DNA of 35,541 bases from a virus (taxonomy: Duplodnaviria > Caudoviricetes), in IMG/VR virus record IMGVR_UViG_3300007622_000001, positions 1 to 35,541 of that record. One strand, 5' to 3'. The notes under the pieces were generated by a model that had not been told where the DNA came from, made no database searches, and saw only the letters and a program-made list of their open reading frames with translations. Positions 1-7,768 of this stretch are shown in pieces (position 1 is the stretch's first letter; each line of letters opens with the position of its first letter). Made by a program: the position numbers and the translations under genes.

Positions 1-41
1 CTGAAGATATGCCGTATGTCCCTAGATAGATAGAGTATCTA
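1..41. repeat. 41-bp direct terminal repeat, left copy
   Basis: ctgaagatatgccgtatgtccctagatagatagagtatcta is identical to 35501-35541; most likely a circular-assembly overlap. Confidence 0.95.
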
Positions 42-51
42 TTATATATAT

Positions 52-87
52 GGGGTACGGGGGGGGCGGTGTGGGGGAGTGTCTGGG
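52..87 (+). other. Canonical G-quadruplex-forming sequence
   Basis: GGGG-TAC-GGGGGGGG-CGGTGT-GGGGG-AGTGTCT-GGG: four G-tracts with loops of 3, 6 and 7 nt. Confidence 0.6.
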
Positions 88-573
88 TTTAGTCTTTGTG
101 TTTCCTCATCTCATCCTGTGAGTGGGTCTGATATATCACACATATATCTCTGGGAGCTTGACTGGGTTCCTGGAAGTGTGGTAGACTGTATACGTACCGG
201 TAGAACGGTGGACTATCTTGGAGGGGCGTTGTTCTACTAGTACACAGCTATGCCATATAAGGCCCAGGATTGTTCGGGATAATACCTGAGTAGTCCTGGG
301 CTTCTCCTTTATACTGGGTAAGGCTTCTCCCATCTGGATCTGTGATGGACAATACCTGAACTATCTGAGTTAAAGATACCTCTAGTATTAAATTAAAGTA
401 TACCCTATACACACGGGTGAGTGAACCTATCTGTGTTTGTGATGGGGAAGTCCAGTTGAAGCTTATAATATAATGCTTGTAGACAAGTTAGCTCACCTGT
501 ATACATGCAGTTAGGCATTTGTTATTCCCCTCTCTTGAATATGTATTATCACTATTAGAACTATTAGAACTTG

Positions 574-623
574 TGATTTGCGGCGAATCATATTAAAGTT
601 TTGTTTTGAGTTGCGGCGAGTCA
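574..623. promoter_or_regulatory. Pair of imperfect-palindrome operator-like sites
   Basis: TGATTTGCGGCGAATCA (574-590) and TGAGTTGCGGCGAGTCA (607-623), 33 bp apart; the second overlaps a -35 box. Confidence 0.5.
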
Positions 624-639
624 CAAAACCTGCTATAAT
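611..639 (+). promoter_or_regulatory. Sigma70/SigA-type promoter with extended -10
   Basis: TTGCGG (611-616), 17-bp spacer, TG-c-TATAAT (-10 at 634-639); AAGGAG RBS and ATG 684 follow. Confidence 0.7.
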
Positions 640-683
640 ACTTCTAGCTGCTAATACGGGCAGTGATTACCAAGGAGATTAAA

Positions 684-779
684 ATGAAGCTAGGTTCAAT
701 GTTCACAGTAAGACAAGCAGTAAGCAATGTTAAATACTCAATCGAATTGTTGGTTGAGAGAATCGTCTGGATGTTCTAA
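684..779 (+). CDS. Small hypothetical protein, 31 aa (MKLGSMFTVRQ...)
   Basis: AAGGAG RBS at 672-677; first ORF after the promoter; below the ORF-track length cutoff. Confidence 0.6.
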   Translation: MKLGSMFTVRQAVSNVKYSIELLVERIVWMF

Positions 780-781
780 TC

Positions 782-919
782 ATGCCCGCTAAATATACTG
801 GCAAAAACAGTTATACTGATAAATTGGAAGCAAAGATAGCAGAACTTGATAGATTAAAAGCTTTAGAAAAAGAGGTTATTCTTGTAGAGGATCCATTACT
901 ATTAGAGGAAGGAGAGTAA
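782..919 (+). CDS. Small hypothetical protein, 45 aa (MPAKYTGKNS...)
   Basis: Tightly packed in the operon; charged, helical-looking sequence. Confidence 0.6.
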   Translation: MPAKYTGKNSYTDKLEAKIAELDRLKALEKEVILVEDPLLLEEGE

Positions 920-920
920 T

Positions 921-1094
921 ATGACTAAGAAGAATATTAAGATTGAAGTTTGTGAGTCTTGCGGGAAACCCAAAGTGACCGAAGAAATGAACGCCTTTAC
1001 AGCAGTACAAGAAGCAATGCAGTATATAAGAATTAACGACAACAGTCCATATATGGTAGAAGAACTGCCACTTTACGAAGGGAAGATAATGTGA
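921..1094 (+). CDS. Small hypothetical protein, 57 aa with a CxxC (CESCG)
   Basis: AAGGAG RBS just upstream; operon packing. Confidence 0.65.
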   Translation: MTKKNIKIEVCESCGKPKVTEEMNAFTAVQEAMQYIRINDNSPYMVEELPLYEGKIM

Positions 1095-1204
1095 GTAATA
1101 CAATTACATATGCAGGAGTAATCCATATGATTATAGGCTTTACTATTGGTAGGATTATAGGCATTATGCTTATTAATAAATTGGAGAAACGTAATGGTAA
1201 ATGA
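1091..1204 (+). CDS. Small single-TM protein, up to 37 aa
   Basis: GTGA overlap with the previous stop; hydrophobic stretch then KLEKRNGK; start could instead be the internal ATG. Confidence 0.5.
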   Translation: MSNTITYAGVIHMIIGFTIGRIIGIMLINKLEKRNGK

Positions 1205-1289
1205 GATTATATTCATGACTGTTATGTTTGCGGCGATTACCATTATTATTAAAGGTTTGTGCGGGATTGCAGGGAAATTGATTAAATGA
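1194..1289 (+). CDS. Small single-TM protein, 31 aa (MVNEIIFMTVMFAAITIII...)
   Basis: GGAG RBS; ATGA overlap with the gene at 1286. Confidence 0.55.
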   Translation: MVNEIIFMTVMFAAITIIIKGLCGIAGKLIK

Positions 1290-1930
1290 ACTATTTGAAT
1301 TTAAATATACCTACGTTTCTTGCTTACCTTGATACAGGGTTCTTATACAACGAGGAACCTAACTATAAGAATGATGCTATACCAGTTGAAGTATTTAATT
1401 TTACTTCTATACCACAACGCTGTGGTTTGTTTAGTGTCATGACTGAGTGGGGAACACAGCACGCAAGAGTACCGATCCATTACCTACGCGCAACACCAGA
1501 AGCCACAACAGCTTACCCATTGGACTGGTTGCAGCTTTGGGATAACATGTCGTACTACGCAAGTGCCGGCATCTATGACTACTTGAAGAACAGAACAGCT
1601 ATGATAATGTTAAAGGACAAGACAAGACACAAGGCTAAGTATATGTTTACTATTGACTGGTGCCTTGGACCACAATACCATGCAGGATATGGTGAGATGG
1701 CAGCAGGACACAAGTGTGCACACGTCTTTGAGGGTGAAGGTGGACAGTTCTTCATGCAGCCAAACAACAGACTGCTATGGCTAGATGGTGGTGCATGGAT
1801 TAGTAAGGAACTGACCAAGCCAGACTGGCAAGTCTTTGGCTTAGAGTTCAGCTGTGAATCTACTGGCTCACGTTGGGTATCAGAATCAGATGAAGAGTTA
1901 TACTTCTACGACTTTAAGGAAAAGCCATGA
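1286..1930 (+). CDS. Conserved phage hypothetical protein, 214 aa
   Basis: Motifs YLNLNIP, LQLWD, YMFTIDW, HKCAH and QPNNR resemble a family I recall from aquatic phages; function unknown. Confidence 0.8.
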   Translation: MNYLNLNIPTFLAYLDTGFLYNEEPNYKNDAIPVEVFNFTSIPQRCGLFSVMTEWGTQHARVPIHYLRATPEATTAYPLDWLQLWDNMSYYASAGIYDYLKNRTAMIMLKDKTRHKAKYMFTIDWCLGPQYHAGYGEMAAGHKCAHVFEGEGGQFFMQPNNRLLWLDGGAWISKELTKPDWQVFGLEFSCESTGSRWVSESDEELYFYDFKEKP

Positions 1931-3648
1931 AGGTTATTGTTTGTTCTATTGCTAAGAATGAAGCACAGTTTGTTAAGCGTTGGGCCGAGTCAGCTAAAGA
2001 TGCTGATGAGGTATGGTTGCTTGATACTGGTAGTAGTGATGACACTATTAAGATAGCTAAAGAGTGTGGTGTTCATGTTATTGAGAAAGCATGGGAAGAT
2101 TGGTCTTTTGCGGTGGCTCGAAACCATTTGCTTGATAACCTACCTGATGAGGATGCTTGGCTTATTAACTTAGACCTTGATGAAGTATTGATTGATGGTT
2201 GGCGCGGGCATGTCGACAGTGCACCAACTGATGTCAACAGATTAAGATATGAGTACACGTGGTCATGGAAAGAGGATGGCACACCAGGATTAAAGTATCA
2301 TGGGGATAAGATTGTGCGTAGACACAGTCACCACTGGGTTAATCGTGTACATGAGGTTAACATTACAAAGCCAGGACATGAAGAGCGTCAGGCTTTCGTA
2401 GGATTACAGATCCACCATCATGCTGACAACACTAAGCCGCGCAGTCAGTATCTTCCTTTACTTCTTAAAGATATTGAAGAGAACCCTAACAACGACCGTA
2501 ATACTTATTATGGTGCGAGAGAATTGTTTTTTCACGGGCGATTTGAAGAGGCAACTACTCTATTCAAGCGTCATCTGATTATGCCTGAGTCAACATGGAA
2601 TGCTGAACGCGCATGGTCAATGCGTTACCTAGCTAAGATGAATCCTACTGAGGCAGAGCATTGGTTGTTGCGTGCTTGCGGTGAGTACCCTTCAGGTGCT
2701 GAGGTATGGACTGACCTAGCTAGACACTACTACATAGCAGAGAACTGGATTGGTATGTACTTTGCGGCTAAGCGTGCAATTACCATACCGTACAGTGCAG
2801 GATTATATTTGACTGAGCCTGATGCTTATGGCTGGTGGCCTAATGACATGGTTGCTTTAGCTGCTCATCGTATAGGTCTTGATAAGGAAGCAATACAGTA
2901 TGGTGAGATTGCTCTTGCTTTAAGTCCTGATGATAATAGATTGAAAGATAATTTATTCTTTTATAAGTTGCGCGGATCTAAAATCAATGTGGTCATACCA
3001 ACCAAGACAAACATCAGTGGCTTGACCAAGCTTGTTAATCAACTGCTTGCTGACACGATGGTGAATAAGATTATCATTGTTGCAGATGGCAGTGAAGCTT
3101 ATAATAACTTGACTGCAATACCACAGTTCAACAAAGTAATTAAAGTCATGGTCAATGAAGGCGTTGGCATTCATGCTATGTGGAACTTAGGCATGAACAT
3201 TGCAGGCTATGACGGACACATTGCATTCATCAACGATGATGTGAGTCTCGATAAAGATTGCATGTATGAATTGGGTGGGTCGTTGTCAAAGAATCATGAC
3301 TATGGTTTGATCTGCCCAAGCTACTCAACAGTTAAACCAACAGAGGATAGAGTTGTTACTGACACATGCCGTAGTAGATACGATGGTACTGGTGGCATGG
3401 CCGGCTTCTGCATGGTGCTAGCTGAGAACTTGGTGCCACGTTTCCGCTTTGATGAGAACATGAAGTGGTGGTATGGTGATGATGAGATAGTTGATTGGGT
3501 TACTAAACAGAATCGTAAGTGTGTGATTAGCGCGGCGACCAGCTGTACACATGATGATTCTAAAACTATAAAGACCAATCCACCAAAGGACTTTGCTGCA
3601 ATCGTAGCAAACGACAAGAGAATATACGAAGGAAAGAAGAATGCATAA
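1927..3648 (+). CDS. Glycosyltransferase with GT2, TPR-like and second GT2 domains
   Basis: IAKNEA, LLDTGSSDDT, FAVARN, LDLDE and RVHE GT-A motifs; TPR-like helices (RNTYYGARELF); second domain with NVVIPT, AFINDD, AGFCM and WWYGDD. Confidence 0.9.
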   Translation: MKVIVCSIAKNEAQFVKRWAESAKDADEVWLLDTGSSDDTIKIAKECGVHVIEKAWEDWSFAVARNHLLDNLPDEDAWLINLDLDEVLIDGWRGHVDSAPTDVNRLRYEYTWSWKEDGTPGLKYHGDKIVRRHSHHWVNRVHEVNITKPGHEERQAFVGLQIHHHADNTKPRSQYLPLLLKDIEENPNNDRNTYYGARELFFHGRFEEATTLFKRHLIMPESTWNAERAWSMRYLAKMNPTEAEHWLLRACGEYPSGAEVWTDLARHYYIAENWIGMYFAAKRAITIPYSAGLYLTEPDAYGWWPNDMVALAAHRIGLDKEAIQYGEIALALSPDDNRLKDNLFFYKLRGSKINVVIPTKTNISGLTKLVNQLLADTMVNKIIIVADGSEAYNNLTAIPQFNKVIKVMVNEGVGIHAMWNLGMNIAGYDGHIAFINDDVSLDKDCMYELGGSLSKNHDYGLICPSYSTVKPTEDRVVTDTCRSRYDGTGGMAGFCMVLAENLVPRFRFDENMKWWYGDDEIVDWVTKQNRKCVISAATSCTHDDSKTIKTNPPKDFAAIVANDKRIYEGKKNA

Positions 3649-4144
3649 TGCAGCAATGGAGTTTATATACAGTAGCTTTCATGATTGGAAAGATGATAGA
3701 ACTGATTTGAAAGTATTAGAAATTGGTTCGTTAGATATTAATGGTAGTGTGCGCCCAATGTTTAAACCATTTCAAGCTGAGTACACTGGTATTGATATGC
3801 AAGAAGGACCAGGTGTAGATTATATATTAGATGCTGCTAAGTTTATTAACTTTGAAGCTTATGATGTTGTTGTTTGCGCCGAAGTCTTTGAACACACACC
3901 TGATTGGAAACAAATAATTTATAATTGTTATAATAATTTAGTTGAAGGCGGAATCTTTATTGGTACTATGGCAGGTGAGGGTAGGTATCCACACTCAGCT
4001 ATTGATGAGAATCCGATTCGAGAGTGGGAGCATTACTCAAATATAGGATGGTGGGAATTGCAGCAAAGCCTTAAGCAGCAAGGGTTTAAGCAGGTTAAAG
4101 TAAATGTATTTGAGAATGATACCCGTTGTTGGGCTGTAAAATAA
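3641..4144 (+). CDS. Class I SAM-dependent methyltransferase
   Basis: VLEIGS motif I, YTGIDMQEGPGVD, YDVVVCAEVFEH. Confidence 0.88.
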   Translation: MHNAAMEFIYSSFHDWKDDRTDLKVLEIGSLDINGSVRPMFKPFQAEYTGIDMQEGPGVDYILDAAKFINFEAYDVVVCAEVFEHTPDWKQIIYNCYNNLVEGGIFIGTMAGEGRYPHSAIDENPIREWEHYSNIGWWELQQSLKQQGFKQVKVNVFENDTRCWAVK

Positions 4145-4168
4145 TTAACAATAGATAAGGAAGTTCAT

Positions 4169-4336
4169 ATGTATTATGAAAGATTAGAAGAAACAGATAA
4201 AAAGTTAGAAGCCATCGAAGCATGGCAGAAGAAGCAGTTAATAAAATTATATGAAAAATCAGAGAAGAAAATAATGAAGGTGTTTAAAAAGTTAGACGCC
4301 ACAATACCTGAGGAGGTTAAGCGTGGAAGCAAGTGA
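4169..4336 (+). CDS. Small coiled-coil-like protein, 55 aa
   Basis: AAGGA RBS; E/K-rich helix; fills the gap between neighbouring genes. Confidence 0.6.
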   Translation: MYYERLEETDKKLEAIEAWQKKQLIKLYEKSEKKIMKVFKKLDATIPEEVKRGSK

Positions 4337-4595
4337 AGTAGCACTCAAATTAATGTTGATGGTAGAAGAAGGATACACTTTAGATGATGCCATTGCTGAC
4401 TATAAGAAAGTTATAAATGCTGTTGGTGGATCCATTACTATATCAAGTGGCAACAATACACCAAGCAATGTACTTGGTAAGACAGGTGGACGCAACGTTC
4501 CAGTTGTTAAGCATCAAGATATTAAAAGTAAATTAACTCAAACTATTTCTGCTCAAGCAGGAACTGCAGTAACATCTAACTTAGTACAGTTCTAA
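4323..4595 (+). CDS. Hypothetical protein, 90 aa
   Basis: GAGGAGG RBS with GTG start; operon packing. Confidence 0.7.
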   Translation: MEASEVALKLMLMVEEGYTLDDAIADYKKVINAVGGSITISSGNNTPSNVLGKTGGRNVPVVKHQDIKSKLTQTISAQAGTAVTSNLVQF

Positions 4596-4759
4596 TGATA
4601 AAGAAATTTATAGATACAACAGCGGGATTAGCTTTTACTTTGGCTGGTTCTGCTGTTGTCTTTATAACTTTGTCTGGTGACACTAGAAGAATAGCGATGA
4701 TAGCTACCGGAACAGCTGTTGTTGTTCACTATGTATACGAATTAACGAAAAGAGATTAA
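4595..4759 (+). CDS. Small two-TM membrane protein, 54 aa
   Basis: TAATG coupling; two hydrophobic segments around ITLSGDTRR. Confidence 0.65.
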   Translation: MIKKFIDTTAGLAFTLAGSAVVFITLSGDTRRIAMIATGTAVVVHYVYELTKRD

Positions 4760-4761
4760 TC

Positions 4762-5227
4762 ATGGCAAGCAAACAAACACAAGGGCATATCTCTACTCAT
4801 GACATAGAGTACAATGCTAACCGTAAGATTAGTTGGAAGAATGATTTGGCTTTGCGGCAAAGAAGGAGAACGTTTATTCCAAGGATTCTTAAGCTCTTTA
4901 GATAAAAAAGAATTCGAAGTTAAGCGTGACATGTTTCGCAACGGCAGGTTAGTTGTTGAGATAGAACAGAAACATCGTGACCAAGATTGGAAACCATCCG
5001 GTCTATCTGTGACCAGTGCCAAGTGGTGGATCTATTTATTTTCTGATGATGCCTTTATTGCAGTTGAAGTTGCACGCTTGAAGAAGTATATTGAAATCAA
5101 TAATAGTATGGAATTAAAAACATTTGCACCACGTAGCTATAATCCTACAAGAGGATATCTACTGCTCGAAGAAGATGTAAGTAAACTAATGGCAAGTGAA
5201 CTCTATGATACTAAGGGGAAGAAATGA
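4762..5227 (+). CDS. PD-(D/E)XK-like nuclease-family protein, split by a +1 frameshift at CGG 4855-4857 (154 aa if joined)
   Basis: ATG 4762 gives MASKQ...WKNDLAL; skipping C4855 continues GKEGERL...EFEVKRD..NGRLVVE...SGLSVTSAKWW; the zero frame stops at 4903-4905. Confidence 0.65.
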
Positions 5228-5776
5228 ATAAGTTAGCATGGGATTACATAGTGCCGGTAGTATTGTGTAAGCATCTGAAGAATGCTAGGCCAGGTCAACT
5301 AGCACCAGGTAAATTACGTAAGACAATTGGTGGTACGTTACATCAGTGTGCAGCTGATGCTTGGGAAGCAATGGTTGATGCTGCTAGTAAAGAACAAATA
5401 GTTTTAAAGCCTACAAGTTCACGGAGACATGTATCGTACACTTGGTCAACAACTTGCTGGCTTTAACCAACGCTACCAGCTGGAGCCTATCGAAGGACAA
5501 AGTACCAGGACATATGAAGGTAAGAAATGGTATTTGAAGAAGGGCATGGCTCCACTGGCAGCACCAGGTACATCTAAACATAACTTAGGTATTGCAGTTG
5601 ACGTAGCTAATGCTAAAGGTCACACGCTTGAGTGGTTAGTTAAGAATGTTAAAGACTTTGGATTCTCATGGGAGGTAGTGCCTGAAGAACCATGGCACCT
5701 AAGGTATGTCGCTGGTGATAATGTACCTGCACGCGTTAGGGAGCATCTGGACGCGTCTGGTGGCACTGTAGCATGA
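5224..5776 (+). CDS. M15/VanY-like Zn peptidase (endolysin-type), split by a +1 frameshift at CGG 5422-5424 (183 aa if joined)
   Basis: N-part AADAWEAMVDAA...LKPTSS joins GDMYRT..Q, PGTSKHNLGIAVD (SxHxxGxAxD) and EPWH after removing C5422. Confidence 0.85.
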
Positions 5777-5777
5777 C

Positions 5778-6176
5778 ATGTGGGCAACGATAAATCACAC
5801 TGTGAAAGTTAATAACCGAGAGGTACCTTTCCTTGTTGATGACCTGCTGGCTATAACAATTAGGCCAAGGCCCGAGAATGAATGGCAAGCTTTAATGGAA
5901 GCTGTTCCCGGTGATGAACCAGAAGGAAGTAAAGATGCACTGCAGCCACTGCGTGAAGCAGTAGTAGATTGTATTGAGATGCTTTCAGAACAAGACCATT
6001 TTATTATTGATGCTATGAACTCAGAACAAATAACTTATGATGAGTTGGGCAAACGATTAGGCACATCGCTTACACATGCTTGGCGTCTACGCAATGCAGC
6101 ATATAAGAACTTAGAACAGATACTAGAACGTCACGCTGTTATAAGAACTTACTTAAGGTTAGACAATGAGCGATGA
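5778..6176 (+). CDS. Sigma70 region-4-like HTH protein (candidate late transcription regulator)
   Basis: LSEQDHFII...ITYDELGKRLGTSLTHAWRLRNAAYKNL; no region 2 evident. Confidence 0.75.
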   Translation: MWATINHTVKVNNREVPFLVDDLLAITIRPRPENEWQALMEAVPGDEPEGSKDALQPLREAVVDCIEMLSEQDHFIIDAMNSEQITYDELGKRLGTSLTHAWRLRNAAYKNLEQILERHAVIRTYLRLDNER

Positions 6177-6450
6177 GTGGGCTAAAGAAGTTGTCAATGA
6201 TAAAGACATACATGATTTATCTTTAACATCTGAACGCATTGTTCGCGACAACGAGAATGGTTTAACTGTTAACTTAGGTTTGTCTAATGAGTTCTGCATT
6301 AACCTTTGCCAACGTTGGACTAAAGCTATACGCTTTTCTGACACGGACTCAACTATCATGGTGTATGCTTTCTTCCAAAGCTTTATAGATTATCTTGATG
6401 AGTATTTAAAGGAAGAGGGAATTGACTTCAGAGAGTATCCTGAGTTATAA
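6166..6450 (+). CDS. Hypothetical acidic protein, 94 aa
   Basis: Overlaps the previous stop; operon packing. Confidence 0.7.
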   Translation: MSDEWAKEVVNDKDIHDLSLTSERIVRDNENGLTVNLGLSNEFCINLCQRWTKAIRFSDTDSTIMVYAFFQSFIDYLDEYLKEEGIDFREYPEL

Positions 6451-6451
6451 T
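6422..6451 (+). promoter_or_regulatory. SigA-type promoter for a probable leaderless mRNA
   Basis: TTGACT (6422-6427), 18 bp, TATAAT (6446-6451); ATG 6458 sits at the expected +1 with no RBS. Confidence 0.6.
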
Positions 6452-6457
6452 ATTATA

Positions 6458-7181
6458 ATGAAGAAAGAAATTAAATATTATACATGCCGCAAATGCAACA
6501 CAGATTTCTCTGCGCAGATCCGTCAAGGTAGAGACCCGCAGTACTGTTCCGATAAATGCAGAGGTACTAACCAAGGACCTACTGTTTGGACTTTAACTTG
6601 TAAGACATGCAAAAAAGATTGGTCTTTGGTGCGTACCAATAATGGTGGACGCAAGCCACACTTTTGTCCTGACTGCTATGAATCTTCTAACAAAGAACGC
6701 CACAAGCAGAGATTAAAAGAACGTGATAGAAGTTATGCTCCTAAAAATAAAGATGATGATAAATTTAAGATGGTTAACTTTGTGCCAGCTAAACCATTAA
6801 TAGATTATTTAGGACAAAATCTTATTAAGAACGAAGACTGGGCTGTTGTTACATCGCGTGACCGTAGTGCACAAACACAGATGGCAGCTAAGCTTGGCAC
6901 TGATTATAATAGTTTAACTTACTGGCTTAGACCAGGAGCTATGATGAATGTTTATAAAGCTGATGAGTATGCTATCCGTTTGCGGACTACATCCAATGCT
7001 TATCTGGGGAACAAGCTTCTATGAGACGAAACGTGTTGATGAGTCGAAGATTGAGAAGCAGCGTGAGGCTTCACGTAAGTCCATGGAGAAAGCCCGTATG
7101 CGTCGTAGAGATACTTTGCTGCAGCAAGGTTACAGTCCAGAGTCAATAACAAGACAAGGTCACCTCCGCAAACCTTCTTGA
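6458..7181 (+). CDS. Zn-ribbon plus HTH-like protein, split by a +1 frameshift at CGG 6983-6985 (240 aa if joined)
   Basis: CRKC, CSDKC, CKTC and CPDC pairs; MAAKLGTDYNSLTYW HTH-like segment; ADEYAIRL joins GLHPMLIWG after removing C6983. Confidence 0.7.
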
Positions 7182-7458
7182 CCATCTCTCGATGACCAGA
7201 GTTAATCTGTAGTAAGCCTGAGTCCCAAGTCTTATTCCTATTTAGGTGATATGTCATCTTACCTTTACTATTCCACGTAGCATTGATTGCTTTGATGCGG
7301 CATCTTGATTCGCGCCAAGCAATGAAGCTAAACTCTTTTACTGGCAGGCCAGCAGCTTTGATAGCCGGTTCCCACTTGGGACAACTGTTGGTGGCAGCTG
7401 ATGCTTGAGTGGGTATAGCAAAAAAAGTTATGGCAATAGCCAATATGAGCTTACGCAA
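7000..7458 (-). CDS. Secreted lysozyme-like lytic transglycosylase (SLT/Rpf-like)
   Basis: Signal peptide ending AxA; RES catalytic Glu, DSGLLQIN, CNLAAAKYLY, GLSPW; TTG start with AAGGAG RBS. Confidence 0.85.
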   Translation of the reverse strand: MRKLILAIAITFFAIPTQASAATNSCPKWEPAIKAAGLPVKEFSFIAWRESRCRIKAINATWNSKGKMTYHLNRNKTWDSGLLQINSGHREMVKKVCGGDLVLLLTLDCNLAAAKYLYDAYGLSPWTYVKPHAASQSSTHQHVSSHRSLFPR

Positions 7459-7474
7459 TAATTTCTCCTTTGTT

Positions 7475-7507
7475 AAAACTCAGCCGGCAGTATTGCCTGG
7501 CTATGAG
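7475..7507 (-). terminator. Probable intrinsic terminator/attenuator between holin and SLT
   Basis: Minus strand CTCATAGCCAGGCA-ATAC-TGCCGGCTGAG followed by TTTT. Confidence 0.5.
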
Positions 7508-7759
7508 TTATTCAGCTGATGAGTCAGCCTTCTTATCAACCTTGGCAAATACCGAGTTGATTTCTGTAGAGCTTAGTCTACCATCATCGAGGAAGGCTCT
7601 TGATAATCCTTCTACTACGACTGCTACTCCTGCTACGCCAGCCATAAGGCAAGCCTTCCAAATAGGTACGTTAGCTATTGCGCCGGCACCTATCACTCCT
7701 AATCCTGATGCTGCAAATGTTGCAAGGATACGTAAAAATATATTATGTAGTTGTTTCAT
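7508..7759 (-). CDS. Putative holin (two TM helices)
   Basis: Two hydrophobic helices and a charged C-terminus; next to the muralytic gene; AGGAG RBS. Confidence 0.6.
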   Translation of the reverse strand: MKQLHNIFLRILATFAASGLGVIGAGAIANVPIWKACLMAGVAGVAVVVEGLSRAFLDDGRLSSTEINSVFAKVDKKADSSAE

Positions 7760-7768
7760 AACTTCTCC

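Noticed and set aside
136-333. 65-aa minus-strand ORF in the junction region
   Set aside because: No RBS or recognisable motif; region looks non-coding
281-410. Iteron-like ATACC(T/C) repeats
   Set aside because: Too short and irregularly spaced to distinguish from chance
4814-4855. Track start MLTVRLVGRM for the nuclease-like gene
   Set aside because: No RBS; ATG 4762 packs against the upstream gene and gives the more family-like N-terminus via the frameshift
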